Positions 10,343 through 20,719 of a stretch of 64,000 nucleotides of DNA are shown piece after piece. The position numbers and the translations under genes are program-made. The stretch comes from Escherichia coli. Lineage in GTDB: Bacteria > Pseudomonadota > Gammaproteobacteria > Enterobacterales > Enterobacteriaceae. The notes beneath the pieces were generated by a model that was not told the DNA's origin, ran no database searches, and saw nothing but the letters and a program-made list of their open reading frames with translations. The stretch is from assembly GCF_003334405.1 (NCBI RefSeq), contig NZ_QOWM01000003.1; one strand, given 5' to 3'. Numbering within the stretch: position 1 is the stretch's first letter; each line of letters begins with the position of its first letter.

Positions 10343-11704
10343 TTACTTCTCCAGTTGCTTCAGGATACGATTAACTTTATCAAAAGTTTCCTGATATTCC
10401 GCTTCTTCCTGGCTATCGGCGACAATTCCACCGCCCGCAGAGCAGAAAATTTGTCCGTTAATGGCAGTCAGCGTGCGGATAGTAATACTGGTATCCATGT
10501 TGCCGCAAAAGCTCAAATAGCCAATGCTGCCGCACCAGGCATTGCGTCGCTGCGGTTCCAGTTCGTCGATAATTTCCATAGCCCGTACTTTCGGAGCCCC
10601 GGTTATTGAGCCACCAGGAAAAGCTGCGCGCAGCAGATCGCTGGCGTGTAACTGTTCTGGTAGTTGCGCCGTTATGGTGCTGACCAGATGATGCACGGCA
10701 GGGAAGGGTTCCACCACGAACAGCTCTGGTACTTTTACCGAACCTGCTACGGCAACACGACCGATATCATTACGCATTAAATCGACAATCATCAGATTTT
10801 CGGCACGATCTTTCGCTGAGTTCGCCAGTTTTACTGCTTGTTTGCTATCTTCCTGAGGATCGGGCAGGCGTGGTAGCGTGCCTTTAATCGGGCGGGTCTG
10901 GATTTCACTATTATCACAAAGAATAAACCGCTCTGGCGAAAGGCTTAAAATTGCACCCTGTTCAAGACGTAAAAAAGCGCTAAATGGCGCGCGGTTGGCC
11001 TGATTAAGCTGAAGGAATGCCTGCCATTCATCGCCAGAATAGGTCGCATGAAAACGTTGGGCGAGATTCACCTGATAGCAATCACCGCTGTGCAGATATT
11101 CCTGTACCTGGCGAAATTTTTCGCCGTACTGCTCGCGGGTCATATTGGATTGCCAGTCGGAAGTGAGCGTGAAATCTTCCTGCGGCGAGAATTGCTGGCT
11201 TTCCAGCCAGGCCCGACGGGCATTGACATCATTATGACTCAGCAAAGAAACTGTATGACGCTGGTGGTCGACAATGAGCGCCCAATCGTAGATACCCACT
11301 GCCATATCCGGCAGAACGATATCTTGTTCCGCAATTTCTGGCAGTGACTCAAAACGGCGGCCCAGATCGTAGCCAAACAACCCCAGTGCGCCGCCCTGAA
11401 ATGGCAAATCTTCGTTATGCGTTGGGCGAATGTCTGCGCGATCCAGCACCTGCTGGAGCACCTGTAGCGGGTCATCAGTTGTCGTTGTGCGTTTTTCGCT
11501 TTCACTAACAACGGTTTCTTTACCGAAAGTGGTTAAAGTGCAAATCGGCTCGGCGACCACAATATCAAAGCGGCTATACGGATGATCGGCATAGCCGGAG
11601 TGTAAAAGCATCGCCCACGGCAGGTGGCTTAAGCGGGAGAAATAAAATTCAGCGGCGTCCTGACGCCAGGGTAAAGTAATCACAGCGGGAGATAACGTCT
11701 TCAT
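10343..11704 (-). CDS. pabB: Aminodeoxychorismate synthase component I
   Basis: ORF track 453 aa; chorismate-binding enzyme family; 3 bp from nudL. Confidence 0.95.
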   Translation of the reverse strand: MKTLSPAVITLPWRQDAAEFYFSRLSHLPWAMLLHSGYADHPYSRFDIVVAEPICTLTTFGKETVVSESEKRTTTTDDPLQVLQQVLDRADIRPTHNEDLPFQGGALGLFGYDLGRRFESLPEIAEQDIVLPDMAVGIYDWALIVDHQRHTVSLLSHNDVNARRAWLESQQFSPQEDFTLTSDWQSNMTREQYGEKFRQVQEYLHSGDCYQVNLAQRFHATYSGDEWQAFLQLNQANRAPFSAFLRLEQGAILSLSPERFILCDNSEIQTRPIKGTLPRLPDPQEDSKQAVKLANSAKDRAENLMIVDLMRNDIGRVAVAGSVKVPELFVVEPFPAVHHLVSTITAQLPEQLHASDLLRAAFPGGSITGAPKVRAMEIIDELEPQRRNAWCGSIGYLSFCGNMDTSITIRTLTAINGQIFCSAGGGIVADSQEEAEYQETFDKVNRILKQLEK

Positions 11705-11777
11705 CAGTCCTGACTCTACTGGCTATGTGCCGGGTAGCATGAAATAATTAGCGCCAACAATTTAGCAGGAGTTAACA

Positions 11778-11957
11778 ATGTTTGCAGGTTTACCTTCACT
11801 CACCCATGAACAGCAGCAAAAAGCTGTCGAGCGGATCCAGGAACTGATGGCACAAGGGATGAGCAGCGGCCAGGCAATCGCGCTGGTGGCAGAAGAGCTG
11901 CGTGCCAACCACTCCGGCGAGCGAATCGTGGCGCGTTTTGAGGATGAAGACGAGTAA
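11778..11957 (+). CDS. yoaH: UPF0181 small protein YoaH (59 aa)
   Basis: Below ORF-track size cutoff; hand-translated [59 protein letters not shown]; GGAG Shine-Dalgarno 10 nt upstream. Confidence 0.85.
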
Positions 11958-12076
11958 CACACTAATCCGTATCGATTTCGTTATAGAAGCCGATGATCAT
12001 TTGATTGTGAGAAAAAGGACGCTTTTTATATGTGATTAAAAGCGTCCTGACCCATTTATGCTGATATAAATTTAAC

Positions 12077-12376
12077 TCAGACCAGTGCTTTTAGTTCTTC
12101 CTGCATATATGTTGAAAAGTATTCAGGATTTTTAATCACAGAACGTTCACCTGTCTCCATTTTTTTTGCCCATCCAACCATTTTTTCCGTGAACCCAGGG
12201 TTCCAGCCTTCCTGGTCAGCTCGCGCCGTAATATCAGCGGCACTCGCGGGTACTCCCAGTTCTTTTAAATATTTAAAGATTCCCTTCGCCGTGCTTTCAT
12301 TCATCGAACTTGGTGTTGGCGCTGATACATCCATGGCACCAATGAAATCCAGGGCTTTATCTATTACAGCAGGCAT
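12077..12376 (-). CDS. yoaC: DUF1889 protein YoaC (99 aa)
   Basis: ORF track 119 aa; start moved to internal ATG (MPAVIDKALDF...) to match the 99 aa protein. Confidence 0.85.
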   Translation of the reverse strand: MPAVIDKALDFIGAMDVSAPTPSSMNESTAKGIFKYLKELGVPASAADITARADQEGWNPGFTEKMVGWAKKMETGERSVIKNPEYFSTYMQEELKALV

Positions 12377-12797
12377 ATTCTTATCCTTAAAATTAACCAT
12401 GTTATCGATAAGGCTATATATGACCTTAATTTGCATCTAATATCAAAGGGATTATAACGATATGGCACGAGTTAACCTGTTGACATTCAGGTGTTTTAAA
12501 GGTAGCAGCTCATGGTGTGTTATCCAGTAAGATGGAGAAATTTAACGGTCAGTCCGCACGCTATAACCAGATTGTTCAGCTAAGAAAGAAAACCAGAGTT
12601 GCTAATCAAAGGGCGAACACAACGGCATGTTTATGTTTATTTATATAGTTAGTTTTATAGATAAAATTGAAATTATAAATATAAATAATGAATTAGCAGA
12701 AGCATCAACAGTAATATCTTATTCTCTGGTCGATTTATGTAAAACCGACCAGTATTATCGATAAATTATCGTCTGACTTATTTTGCTTCGATAAAGC

Positions 12798-13142
12798 TTA
12801 CACCGCAGCCACAATCTTAATTTCAACTTTATACTTCGGGTTCATCAAACCCGCTTGTACCGTGCAGCGCACCGGCGCATGACCCGCGACAACCCAGGCA
12901 TCCCACGCTTTATTCATCGCCGCGAAGTCGTTTTTATCGGCCAGGAAAATGGTGGCATCCAGAATGCTCGATTTATTGCTGCCCTGTTTTTCCAGCACGG
13001 CGTCAATCTGTGCCAGCGTGTTGGCGGTTTGCTCAAAGGCATCGGCGTCGAGGTTTTCCGGTACACCAGTGTAGTAGAGCGTGTTGTTGTGGATTACTAC
13101 ATCAGACCAGCGGGCTTCAGCATCGATACGAACGATAGTCAT
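12798..13142 (-). CDS. yoaB: RidA/YjgF-family protein YoaB (114 aa)
   Basis: ORF track 130 aa; start at MTIVRIDAEARW; two adjacent ATG codons so start is uncertain by one codon. Confidence 0.85.
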   Translation of the reverse strand: MTIVRIDAEARWSDVVIHNNTLYYTGVPENLDADAFEQTANTLAQIDAVLEKQGSNKSSILDATIFLADKNDFAAMNKAWDAWVVAGHAPVRCTVQAGLMNPKYKVEIKIVAAV

Positions 13143-13247
13143 CATTTTGTCCTCATTATACTTCCATTTTCGTGCTGCAAAGACTGCCACAATGTGAGGT
13201 CGCCGTCACCACTTCAACTGGCGAAAGCGCCCTCATCCTGACATAAT

Positions 13248-13267
13248 CCCTGTTCAAATCAACAGGG
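13248..13267 (+). promoter_or_regulatory. LexA (SOS) box candidate overlapping the yoaA ribosome binding site
   Basis: CCCTGTTCAAATCAACAGGG: CTGT-N8-ACAG core inside a 20 bp palindrome, 7 nt upstream of the yoaA GTG start. Confidence 0.5.
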
Positions 13268-13273
13268 GGTAGT

Positions 13274-15184
13274 GTGACGGACGATTTTGCACCAGACGGT
13301 CAGCTGGCGAAAGCGATACCAGGCTTTAAGCCGCGAGAACCACAGCGACAGATGGCGGTAGCCGTCACCCAGGCGATAGAAAAAGGCCAGCCGCTGGTGG
13401 TGGAAGCAGGAACCGGTACGGGCAAAACCTACGCTTACCTGGCTCCTGCGCTGCGGGCGAAAAAGAAAGTCATTATCTCGACCGGCTCAAAAGCGTTGCA
13501 GGATCAGCTCTACAGCCGCGATTTGCCAACAGTCTCAAAGGCATTGAAATATACGGGCAACGTGGCGCTGCTGAAAGGGCGCTCAAACTACCTCTGCCTC
13601 GAACGTCTCGAACAGCAGGCGCTGGCGGGGGGCGATCTGCCGGTACAAATCTTAAGCGATGTGATCCTGCTGCGCTCCTGGTCTAATCAAACAGTCGATG
13701 GTGATATCAGCACCTGCGTCAGCGTGGCGGAAGATTCACAGGCGTGGCCGCTGGTCACCAGCACCAACGACAACTGTCTTGGCAGCGACTGCCCGATGTA
13801 TAAAGATTGCTTTGTGGTCAAAGCACGTAAAAAAGCGATGGACGCCGATGTGGTGGTGGTAAACCATCATCTCTTTCTGGCGGATATGGTGGTTAAAGAG
13901 AGTGGATTTGGCGAACTGATCCCGGAAGCGGACGTCATGATCTTCGACGAAGCCCACCAGCTACCGGACATTGCCAGCCAGTATTTTGGTCAGTCACTCT
14001 CCAGTCGACAACTGCTCGACCTGGCAAAAGACATCACCATCGCCTACCGCACCGAATTAAAAGACACCCAGCAGTTACAAAAGTGCGCTGATCGTCTTGC
14101 CCAGAGTGCGCAGGATTTTCGTCTGCAACTCGGTGAGCCAGGTTATCGCGGTAACCTGCGTGAGCTGTTAGCTAATCCGCAAATTCAGCGGGCATTTTTA
14201 CTGCTCGATGACACCCTGGAACTTTGTTATGACGTGGCGAAACTGTCACTGGGGCGTTCCGCCTTGCTGGATGCGGCATTTGAGCGCGCCACGTTGTATC
14301 GCACACGGCTGAAGCGGCTAAAAGAGATCAATCAGCCGGGCTACAGCTACTGGTACGAATGCACTTCGCGCCATTTTACTCTGGCTCTCACGCCGCTCAG
14401 CGTGGCGGATAAATTCAAAGAGTTAATGGCGCAAAAACCCGGTAGCTGGATCTTCACCTCAGCAACGCTGTCGGTGAACGACGATCTGCATCATTTCACC
14501 TCGCGGCTTGGCATCGAACAGGCCGAGTCGTTGCTGTTGCCCAGCCCATTTGATTACAGCCGCCAGGCGTTACTCTGTGTGCCGCGCAATCTGCCGCAAA
14601 CCAACCAGCCAGGTTCTGCTCGCCAGTTAGCGGCAATGCTGCGACCGATCATCGAAGCTAACAACGGTCGTTGTTTTATGCTTTGTACCTCGCACGCCAT
14701 GATGCGCGATCTGGCCGAGCAGTTCCGCGCTACCATGACGCTTCCTGTATTGTTGCAGGGGGAAACCAGCAAAGGGCAACTGTTGCAGCAATTTGTCAGC
14801 GCCGGTAATGCGCTTCTTGTGGCAACCAGCAGTTTCTGGGAAGGGGTGGACGTGCGTGGCGATACATTGTCATTGGTAATTATCGACAAATTGCCGTTTA
14901 CCTCGCCGGATGATCCACTGTTAAAAGCGCGCATGGAAGATTGTCGTTTGCGCGGTGGCGACCCGTTCGATGAAGTGCAACTACCAGATGCCGTCATTAC
15001 TCTCAAACAGGGGGTAGGGCGACTGATTCGCGACGCCGACGATCGTGGCGTGCTGGTGATTTGTGACAATCGGCTGGTGATGCGTCCTTACGGCGCGACG
15101 TTTCTCGCCAGTCTGCCGCCCGCGCCACGCACCCGTGACATTGCCCGTGCGGTTCGTTTCCTTGCGATACCATCCTCCAGGTAA
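13274..15184 (+). CDS. yoaA: DinG-family ATP-dependent helicase YoaA
   Basis: ORF track 636 aa with GTG start; Walker A GTGTGKT, DEAH box (FDEAHQL), four-Cys Fe-S cluster motif (CLGSDCPMYKDC). Confidence 0.93.
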   Translation: MTDDFAPDGQLAKAIPGFKPREPQRQMAVAVTQAIEKGQPLVVEAGTGTGKTYAYLAPALRAKKKVIISTGSKALQDQLYSRDLPTVSKALKYTGNVALLKGRSNYLCLERLEQQALAGGDLPVQILSDVILLRSWSNQTVDGDISTCVSVAEDSQAWPLVTSTNDNCLGSDCPMYKDCFVVKARKKAMDADVVVVNHHLFLADMVVKESGFGELIPEADVMIFDEAHQLPDIASQYFGQSLSSRQLLDLAKDITIAYRTELKDTQQLQKCADRLAQSAQDFRLQLGEPGYRGNLRELLANPQIQRAFLLLDDTLELCYDVAKLSLGRSALLDAAFERATLYRTRLKRLKEINQPGYSYWYECTSRHFTLALTPLSVADKFKELMAQKPGSWIFTSATLSVNDDLHHFTSRLGIEQAESLLLPSPFDYSRQALLCVPRNLPQTNQPGSARQLAAMLRPIIEANNGRCFMLCTSHAMMRDLAEQFRATMTLPVLLQGETSKGQLLQQFVSAGNALLVATSSFWEGVDVRGDTLSLVIIDKLPFTSPDDPLLKARMEDCRLRGGDPFDEVQLPDAVITLKQGVGRLIRDADDRGVLVICDNRLVMRPYGATFLASLPPAPRTRDIARAVRFLAIPSSR

Positions 15185-15241
15185 TTTGTTACGGAGTATG
15201 GTATGATGCGCGCCTTTTTATTGATCTAAGCACGAAGACCC

Positions 15242-15937
15242 ATGCGAATTCTGGCTATCGATACCGCGACAGAGGCCTGCTCTGTCGCCCTGTGGAACGA
15301 CGGTACTGTCAACGCTCATTTTGAGCTTTGCCCTCGTGAACATACTCAACGAATCTTACCGATGGTGCAGGATATCCTGACCACCAGCGGAACTTCCCTG
15401 ACTGATATTAACGCTCTGGCTTACGGGCGCGGCCCCGGTAGCTTTACTGGCGTGCGCATTGGTATTGGCATCGCGCAAGGGCTGGCGCTTGGCGCGGAAT
15501 TACCGATGATTGGCGTCTCCACGCTAATGACGATGGCGCAAGGGGCGTGGCGCAAAAACGGCGCAACCCGCGTGCTGGCAGCCATTGACGCGCGAATGGG
15601 CGAAGTTTACTGGGCCGAATATCAGCGTGATGAAAACGGTATCTGGCACGGTGAAGAAACCGAAGCCGTACTCAAACCCGAAATCGTCCATGAACGAATG
15701 CAACAGCTTTCCGGCGAATGGGTGACGGTAGGGACGGGCTGGCAAGCTTGGCCGGATCTCGGTAAAGAGAGCGGGCTGGTTTTGCGCGATGGCGAAGTGT
15801 TACTGCCTGCTGCTGAAGATATGCTGCCGATTGCGTGTCAGATGTTTGCTGAGGGTAAAACGGTGGCGGTGGAACATGCCGAACCGGTTTATTTACGTAA
15901 CAACGTCGCATGGAAGAAACTTCCGGGCAAAGAATGA
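15242..15937 (+). CDS. tsaB: tRNA t6A37 biosynthesis protein TsaB (YeaZ)
   Basis: ORF track 231 aa starting [17 protein letters not shown]. Confidence 0.95.
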   Translation: MRILAIDTATEACSVALWNDGTVNAHFELCPREHTQRILPMVQDILTTSGTSLTDINALAYGRGPGSFTGVRIGIGIAQGLALGAELPMIGVSTLMTMAQGAWRKNGATRVLAAIDARMGEVYWAEYQRDENGIWHGEETEAVLKPEIVHERMQQLSGEWVTVGTGWQAWPDLGKESGLVLRDGEVLLPAAEDMLPIACQMFAEGKTVAVEHAEPVYLRNNVAWKKLPGKE

Positions 15938-15976
15938 ATCTTAAGAGTATGCCCTGAGAAAAAAAGGAGTCGCACC

Positions 15977-16558
15977 ATGGCGGTTCAAAAGAATGTTATC
16001 AAAGGCATACTGGCAGGTACGTTTGCGCTAATGCTGAGCGGTTGTGTCACTGTGCCGGACGCCATTAAAGGCAGCAGTCCCACGCCGCAACAAGATTTAG
16101 TTCGGGTGATGAGTGCGCCGCAGCTGTACGTTGGTCAGGAGGCACGCTTTGGTGGCAAAGTGGTTGCGGTACAAAACCAGCAAGGGAAAACTCGCCTGGA
16201 AATTGCTACCGTACCGCTGGACAGCGGAGCCAGACCGACGCTGGGAGAACTTTCTCGCGGTCGCATTTATGCCGATGTGAACGGTTTTCTGGACCCGGTG
16301 GATTTCCGTGGACAACTGGTTACGGTAGTCGGGCCAATCACTGGTGCGGTTGACGGCAAAATCGGCAATACGCCCTATAAATTTATGGTGATGCAAGTAA
16401 CGGGTTACAAACGTTGGCATTTAACCCAGCAGGTGATTATGCCGCCTCAGCCGATTGATCCATGGTTTTATGGCGGTCGTGGCTGGCCCTATGGCTACGG
16501 CGGATGGGGCTGGTATAATCCCGGCCCCGCGAGAGTACAAACAGTTGTAACTGAATAA
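15977..16558 (+). CDS. yeaY: Slp-family outer membrane lipoprotein YeaY
   Basis: ORF track 193 aa; signal peptide with lipobox LSGC. Confidence 0.9.
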   Translation: MAVQKNVIKGILAGTFALMLSGCVTVPDAIKGSSPTPQQDLVRVMSAPQLYVGQEARFGGKVVAVQNQQGKTRLEIATVPLDSGARPTLGELSRGRIYADVNGFLDPVDFRGQLVTVVGPITGAVDGKIGNTPYKFMVMQVTGYKRWHLTQQVIMPPQPIDPWFYGGRGWPYGYGGWGWYNPGPARVQTVVTE

Positions 16559-16673
16559 TTGCTTGTTTTTAAAGAAAAAGAAACAGCGGCTGGTCCGCTG
16601 TTTCTGCATTCTTACGGTAAAGATAAAAATAAATAGTGACGCGCTTCGCAACCTTTTCGTTGGGTAATTATCA

Positions 16674-16690
16674 AGCTGGTATGATGAGTT
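16674..16690 (+). promoter_or_regulatory. FadR operator candidate in the fadD promoter
   Basis: AGCTGGTATGATGAGTT matches the FadR consensus ANCTGGTCNGACCTGTT at the CTGGT, GA and GTT positions; about 70 bp upstream of fadD start. Confidence 0.55.
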
Positions 16691-16762
16691 AATATTATGT
16701 TAACGGCATGTATATCATTTGGGGTTGCGATGACGACGAACACGCATTTTAGAGGTGAAGAA

Positions 16763-18448
16763 TTGAAGAAGGTTTGGCTTAACCGTTATCCCGCGGACGT
16801 TCCGACGGAGATCAACCCTGACCGTTATCAATCTCTGGTAGATATGTTTGAGCAGTCGGTCGCGCGCTACGCCGATCAACCTGCGTTTGTGAATATGGGG
16901 GAGGTAATGACCTTCCGCAAGCTGGAAGAACGCAGTCGCGCGTTTGCCGCTTATTTGCAACAAGGGTTGGGGCTGAAGAAAGGCGATCGCGTTGCGTTGA
17001 TGATGCCTAATTTATTGCAATATCCGGTGGCGCTGTTTGGCATTTTGCGTGCCGGGATGATCGTCGTAAACGTTAACCCGTTGTATACCCCGCGTGAGCT
17101 TGAGCATCAGCTTAACGATAGCGGCGCATCGGCGATTGTTATCGTGTCTAACTTTGCTCACACACTGGAAAAAGTGGTTGATAAAACCGCCGTTCAGCAC
17201 GTAATTCTGACCCGTATGGGCGATCAGCTATCTACGGCAAAAGGCACGGTAGTCAATTTCGTTGTTAAATACATCAAGCGTTTGGTGCCGAAATACCATC
17301 TGCCAGATGCCATTTCATTTCGTAGCGCACTGCATAACGGCTACCGGATGCAGTACGTCAAACCCGAACTGGTGCCGGAAGATTTAGCTTTTCTGCAATA
17401 CACCGGCGGCACCACTGGTGTGGCGAAAGGCGCGATGCTGACTCACCGCAATATGCTGGCGAACCTGGAACAGGTTAACGCGACCTATGGTCCGCTGTTG
17501 CATCCGGGCAAAGAGCTGGTGGTGACGGCGCTGCCGCTGTATCACATTTTTGCCCTGACCATTAACTGCCTGCTGTTTATCGAACTGGGTGGGCAGAACC
17601 TGCTTATCACTAACCCGCGCGATATTCCAGGGTTGGTAAAAGAGTTAGCGAAATATCCGTTTACCGCTATCACGGGCGTTAACACCTTGTTCAATGCGTT
17701 GCTGAACAATAAAGAGTTCCAGCAGCTGGATTTCTCCAGTCTGCATCTTTCCGCAGGCGGTGGGATGCCAGTGCAGCAAGTGGTGGCAGAGCGTTGGGTG
17801 AAACTGACCGGACAGTATCTGCTGGAAGGCTATGGCCTTACCGAGTGTGCGCCGCTGGTCAGCGTTAACCCATATGATATTGATTATCATAGTGGTAGCA
17901 TCGGTTTGCCGGTGCCGTCGACGGAAGCCAAACTGGTGGATGATGATGATAATGAAGTACCACCAGGTCAACCGGGTGAGCTTTGTGTCAAAGGACCGCA
18001 GGTGATGCTGGGTTACTGGCAGCGTCCCGATGCTACCGATGAAATCATCAAAAATGGCTGGTTACACACCGGCGACATCGCGGTAATGGATGAAGAAGGA
18101 TTCCTGCGCATTGTCGATCGTAAAAAAGACATGATTCTGGTTTCCGGTTTTAACGTCTATCCCAACGAGATTGAAGATGTCGTCATGCAGCATCCTGGCG
18201 TACAGGAAGTCGCGGCTGTTGGCGTACCTTCCGGCTCCAGTGGTGAAGCGGTGAAAATCTTCGTAGTGAAAAAAGATCCATCGCTTACCGAAGAGTCACT
18301 GGTGACTTTTTGCCGCCGTCAGCTCACGGGATACAAAGTACCGAAGCTGGTGGAGTTTCGTGATGAGTTACCGAAATCTAACGTCGGAAAAATTTTGCGA
18401 CGAGAATTACGTGACGAAGCGCGCGGCAAAGTGGACAATAAAGCCTGA
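16763..18448 (+). CDS. fadD: Long-chain fatty acyl-CoA synthetase FadD (561 aa, TTG start)
   Basis: ORF track 16697..18448; start placed at TTG ([13 protein letters not shown]...) preceded by GAGG 7 nt upstream; AMP-binding signature [12 protein letters not shown] present. Confidence 0.9.
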
Positions 18449-18466
18449 GCGTTAAGTCAGTCGTCA

Positions 18467-18493
18467 GACGCCGGTTAATCCGGCGTTTTTTTT
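18467..18493 (+). terminator. Rho-independent terminator after fadD
   Basis: GACGCCGG-TTAAT-CCGGCGT hairpin followed by eight T. Confidence 0.8.
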
Positions 18494-18517
18494 GACGCCC
18501 ACTAAAGAGAAAACAAT

Positions 18518-19645
18518 TTGAATTACCAAATGATTACCACGGACGATGCGCTGGCTTCTTTGTGTGAAGCCGTCCGTGCCTTTCCGGCGATAGCCCTGGA
18601 TACTGAATTTGTTCGTACGCGCACTTATTACCCGCAGCTGGGGTTGATTCAACTTTTCGATGGCGAGCATCTGGCGCTAATCGATCCACTCGGGATCACC
18701 GACTGGTCACCGCTGAAAGCGATCCTGCGCGATCCGTCCATCACAAAATTTCTCCATGCAGGCAGTGAAGATCTGGAAGTGTTCCTCAATGTCTTTGGCG
18801 AATTACCACAACCCTTGATTGACACGCAAATCCTTGCTGCCTTCTGCGGACGCCCGATGTCATGGGGTTTCGCTTCCATGGTGGAAGAGTATTCCGGCGT
18901 TACGCTGGACAAGAGTGAATCGCGCACCGACTGGCTGGCCAGACCGCTGACCGAACGTCAGTGTGAATACGCAGCGGCGGATGTCTGGTATCTGTTACCG
19001 ATCACCGCCAAGCTTATGGTAGAAACGGAGGCCTCCGGCTGGCTACCTGCGGCGCTGGATGAATGCCGCCTGATGCAAATGCGTCGTCAGGAAGTCGTTG
19101 CGCCGGAAGATGCCTGGCGTGATATCACCAATGCCTGGCAATTACGCACACGCCAACTGGCCTGTCTGCAACTGTTAGCCGACTGGCGACTGCGCAAGGC
19201 GCGAGAGCGCGATCTGGCGGTGAACTTTGTCGTGCGTGAAGAGCATTTGTGGTCGGTAGCGCGTTATATGCCGGGAAGTTTAGGCGAACTGGACAGCCTG
19301 GGTTTATCCGGTAGCGAAATCCGCTTTCACGGTAAAACGCTGCTAGCGCTGGTGGAAAAAGCGCAGACATTGCCGGAAGATGCCTTACCGCAGCCGATGC
19401 TTAACCTGATGGACATGCCGGGTTATCGTAAAGCGTTTAAAGCGATTAAGTCGCTGATTACTGACGTGAGCGAAACGCATAAGATCAGCGCCGAATTGCT
19501 GGCATCGCGTCGGCAAATCAACCAACTGCTGAACTGGCACTGGAAACTGAAACCGCAGAACAATTTGCCGGAGCTGATTTCCGGCTGGCGTGGTGAGCTG
19601 ATGGCGGAAGCATTACACAATTTATTGCAGGAATATCCGCAGTAA
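18518..19645 (+). CDS. rnd: Ribonuclease D (375 aa, TTG start)
   Basis: ORF track 375 aa beginning at TTG 18518; DEDD exonuclease motif (IALDTEF); AAGAG Shine-Dalgarno upstream. Confidence 0.92.
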   Translation: MNYQMITTDDALASLCEAVRAFPAIALDTEFVRTRTYYPQLGLIQLFDGEHLALIDPLGITDWSPLKAILRDPSITKFLHAGSEDLEVFLNVFGELPQPLIDTQILAAFCGRPMSWGFASMVEEYSGVTLDKSESRTDWLARPLTERQCEYAAADVWYLLPITAKLMVETEASGWLPAALDECRLMQMRRQEVVAPEDAWRDITNAWQLRTRQLACLQLLADWRLRKARERDLAVNFVVREEHLWSVARYMPGSLGELDSLGLSGSEIRFHGKTLLALVEKAQTLPEDALPQPMLNLMDMPGYRKAFKAIKSLITDVSETHKISAELLASRRQINQLLNWHWKLKPQNNLPELISGWRGELMAEALHNLLQEYPQ

Positions 19646-19651
19646 AATCTT

Positions 19652-19694
19652 CCGAAGCCGGACTGGGCGCGCTCAGCGCCACATCCGGCTTCGG
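19652..19694. terminator. Bidirectional stem-loop between convergent rnd and yeaX (REP-like)
   Basis: CCGAAGCCGGA ... TCCGGCTTCGG inverted repeat with GC-rich interior; sits between two convergent stops. Confidence 0.6.
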
Positions 19695-19698
19695 CAAA

Positions 19699-20664
19699 CT
19701 ACAAATCCAACACCAGGCGTTTACCCTTCGCACGCGAACAACAGATCAACATACTTTGCTGGCTGGCACGCTCTTCATCGCTAAAATATTGATCCCGATG
19801 GTCAGCTTCACCTTCCAGTATTGCTGTTTCGCAGGTTCCGCATACCCCTTCACGACATAAACATTCCACTTTCGCGGCTTTATTATTTTCAATAACCTGC
19901 AAAATAGTCATCTCTTCCGGCACCACAAACTCTTTTCCGGAACGGGCAAGCACCAGGGTAAATGCATCGCCGGTTTTGTCTTCGATAGCAAATTGCTCAA
20001 AGTGCAGCGTATCGGCGGCGATGTCCAGACGCGCAGCTTCACTTCTTACCGCTTCAATTAGCGCCTCGGGGCCACAGGTATAAACGTGTGTGCCAGGTTC
20101 GATATCCGCCAATAATCGCGCTAATTCCAGTCGTGTTCCGGTTGATGAATGATGCAAATGGACTTTCTCAGCCTGCGGATGCTGGACTAGCTCATCACGA
20201 AATGCGCAACTTTCTGGATTTCGCGAGCAGTAATGTAGCTGCCAGTCGACGTCGCTGTGTTGCAGCTCTGCCATGTGCGACAGGAAAGGGGTGATACCAA
20301 TACCGCCCGCGATAAACAGATGCTTTCTGGCTGAGGGAATTAGCGCAAACAGGTTATTAGGCGTTGAAATCGTTAACCGATCGCCCACTTTTACCTGCTG
20401 ATGCAAAAAGCGGGAACCGCCGCGCGAGTTTTCCTCCAGCCGAACGGCAATCTGATAACAAGAGGTGTCATGCGGCGAACTCAGTAGTGAATACGCATTG
20501 CTGTACTGGTTATCACCATCGCTCATCTGCACAATGACGTGACTTCCTCCGGTAAACGCAGGTAATGGTTTGCCATCGGTTGCCACCAGCGTGAAGCGTT
20601 TCACCTGTTCGGTAAGGGGTTCAACCTGGCTCACCTGTACTTCAAACATTTGATAGTCTGACAT
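19699..20664 (-). CDS. yeaX: Carnitine monooxygenase reductase subunit YeaX
   Basis: ORF track 321 aa; C-terminal plant-type 2Fe-2S ferredoxin Cys cluster (CREGVCGTCE); flavin/NAD reductase-like N-terminal region. Confidence 0.9.
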   Translation of the reverse strand: MSDYQMFEVQVSQVEPLTEQVKRFTLVATDGKPLPAFTGGSHVIVQMSDGDNQYSNAYSLLSSPHDTSCYQIAVRLEENSRGGSRFLHQQVKVGDRLTISTPNNLFALIPSARKHLFIAGGIGITPFLSHMAELQHSDVDWQLHYCSRNPESCAFRDELVQHPQAEKVHLHHSSTGTRLELARLLADIEPGTHVYTCGPEALIEAVRSEAARLDIAADTLHFEQFAIEDKTGDAFTLVLARSGKEFVVPEEMTILQVIENNKAAKVECLCREGVCGTCETAILEGEADHRDQYFSDEERASQQSMLICCSRAKGKRLVLDL

Positions 20665-20719
20665 TGCTGTACTCCATCAAAAATCAGCCCAGCGGCGGAA
20701 AATACCGCCGCCGATGTCA

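Noticed and set aside
12462-12530. 22-codon ORF (MARVNLLTFRCFKGSSSWCVIQ) in the yoaC-yoaB intergenic region, next to a TTGACA hexamer
   Set aside because: Only a weak purine-rich stretch upstream, no hydrophobic helix or other small-protein hallmark, and I cannot verify conservation; kept as unproven
16705-16721. Second FadR-like site (CGGCATGTATATCATTT) 31 bp downstream of the first
   Set aside because: Poorer match to the FadR consensus, and the spacing does not fit my recollection of the two fadD operators; not called as a feature
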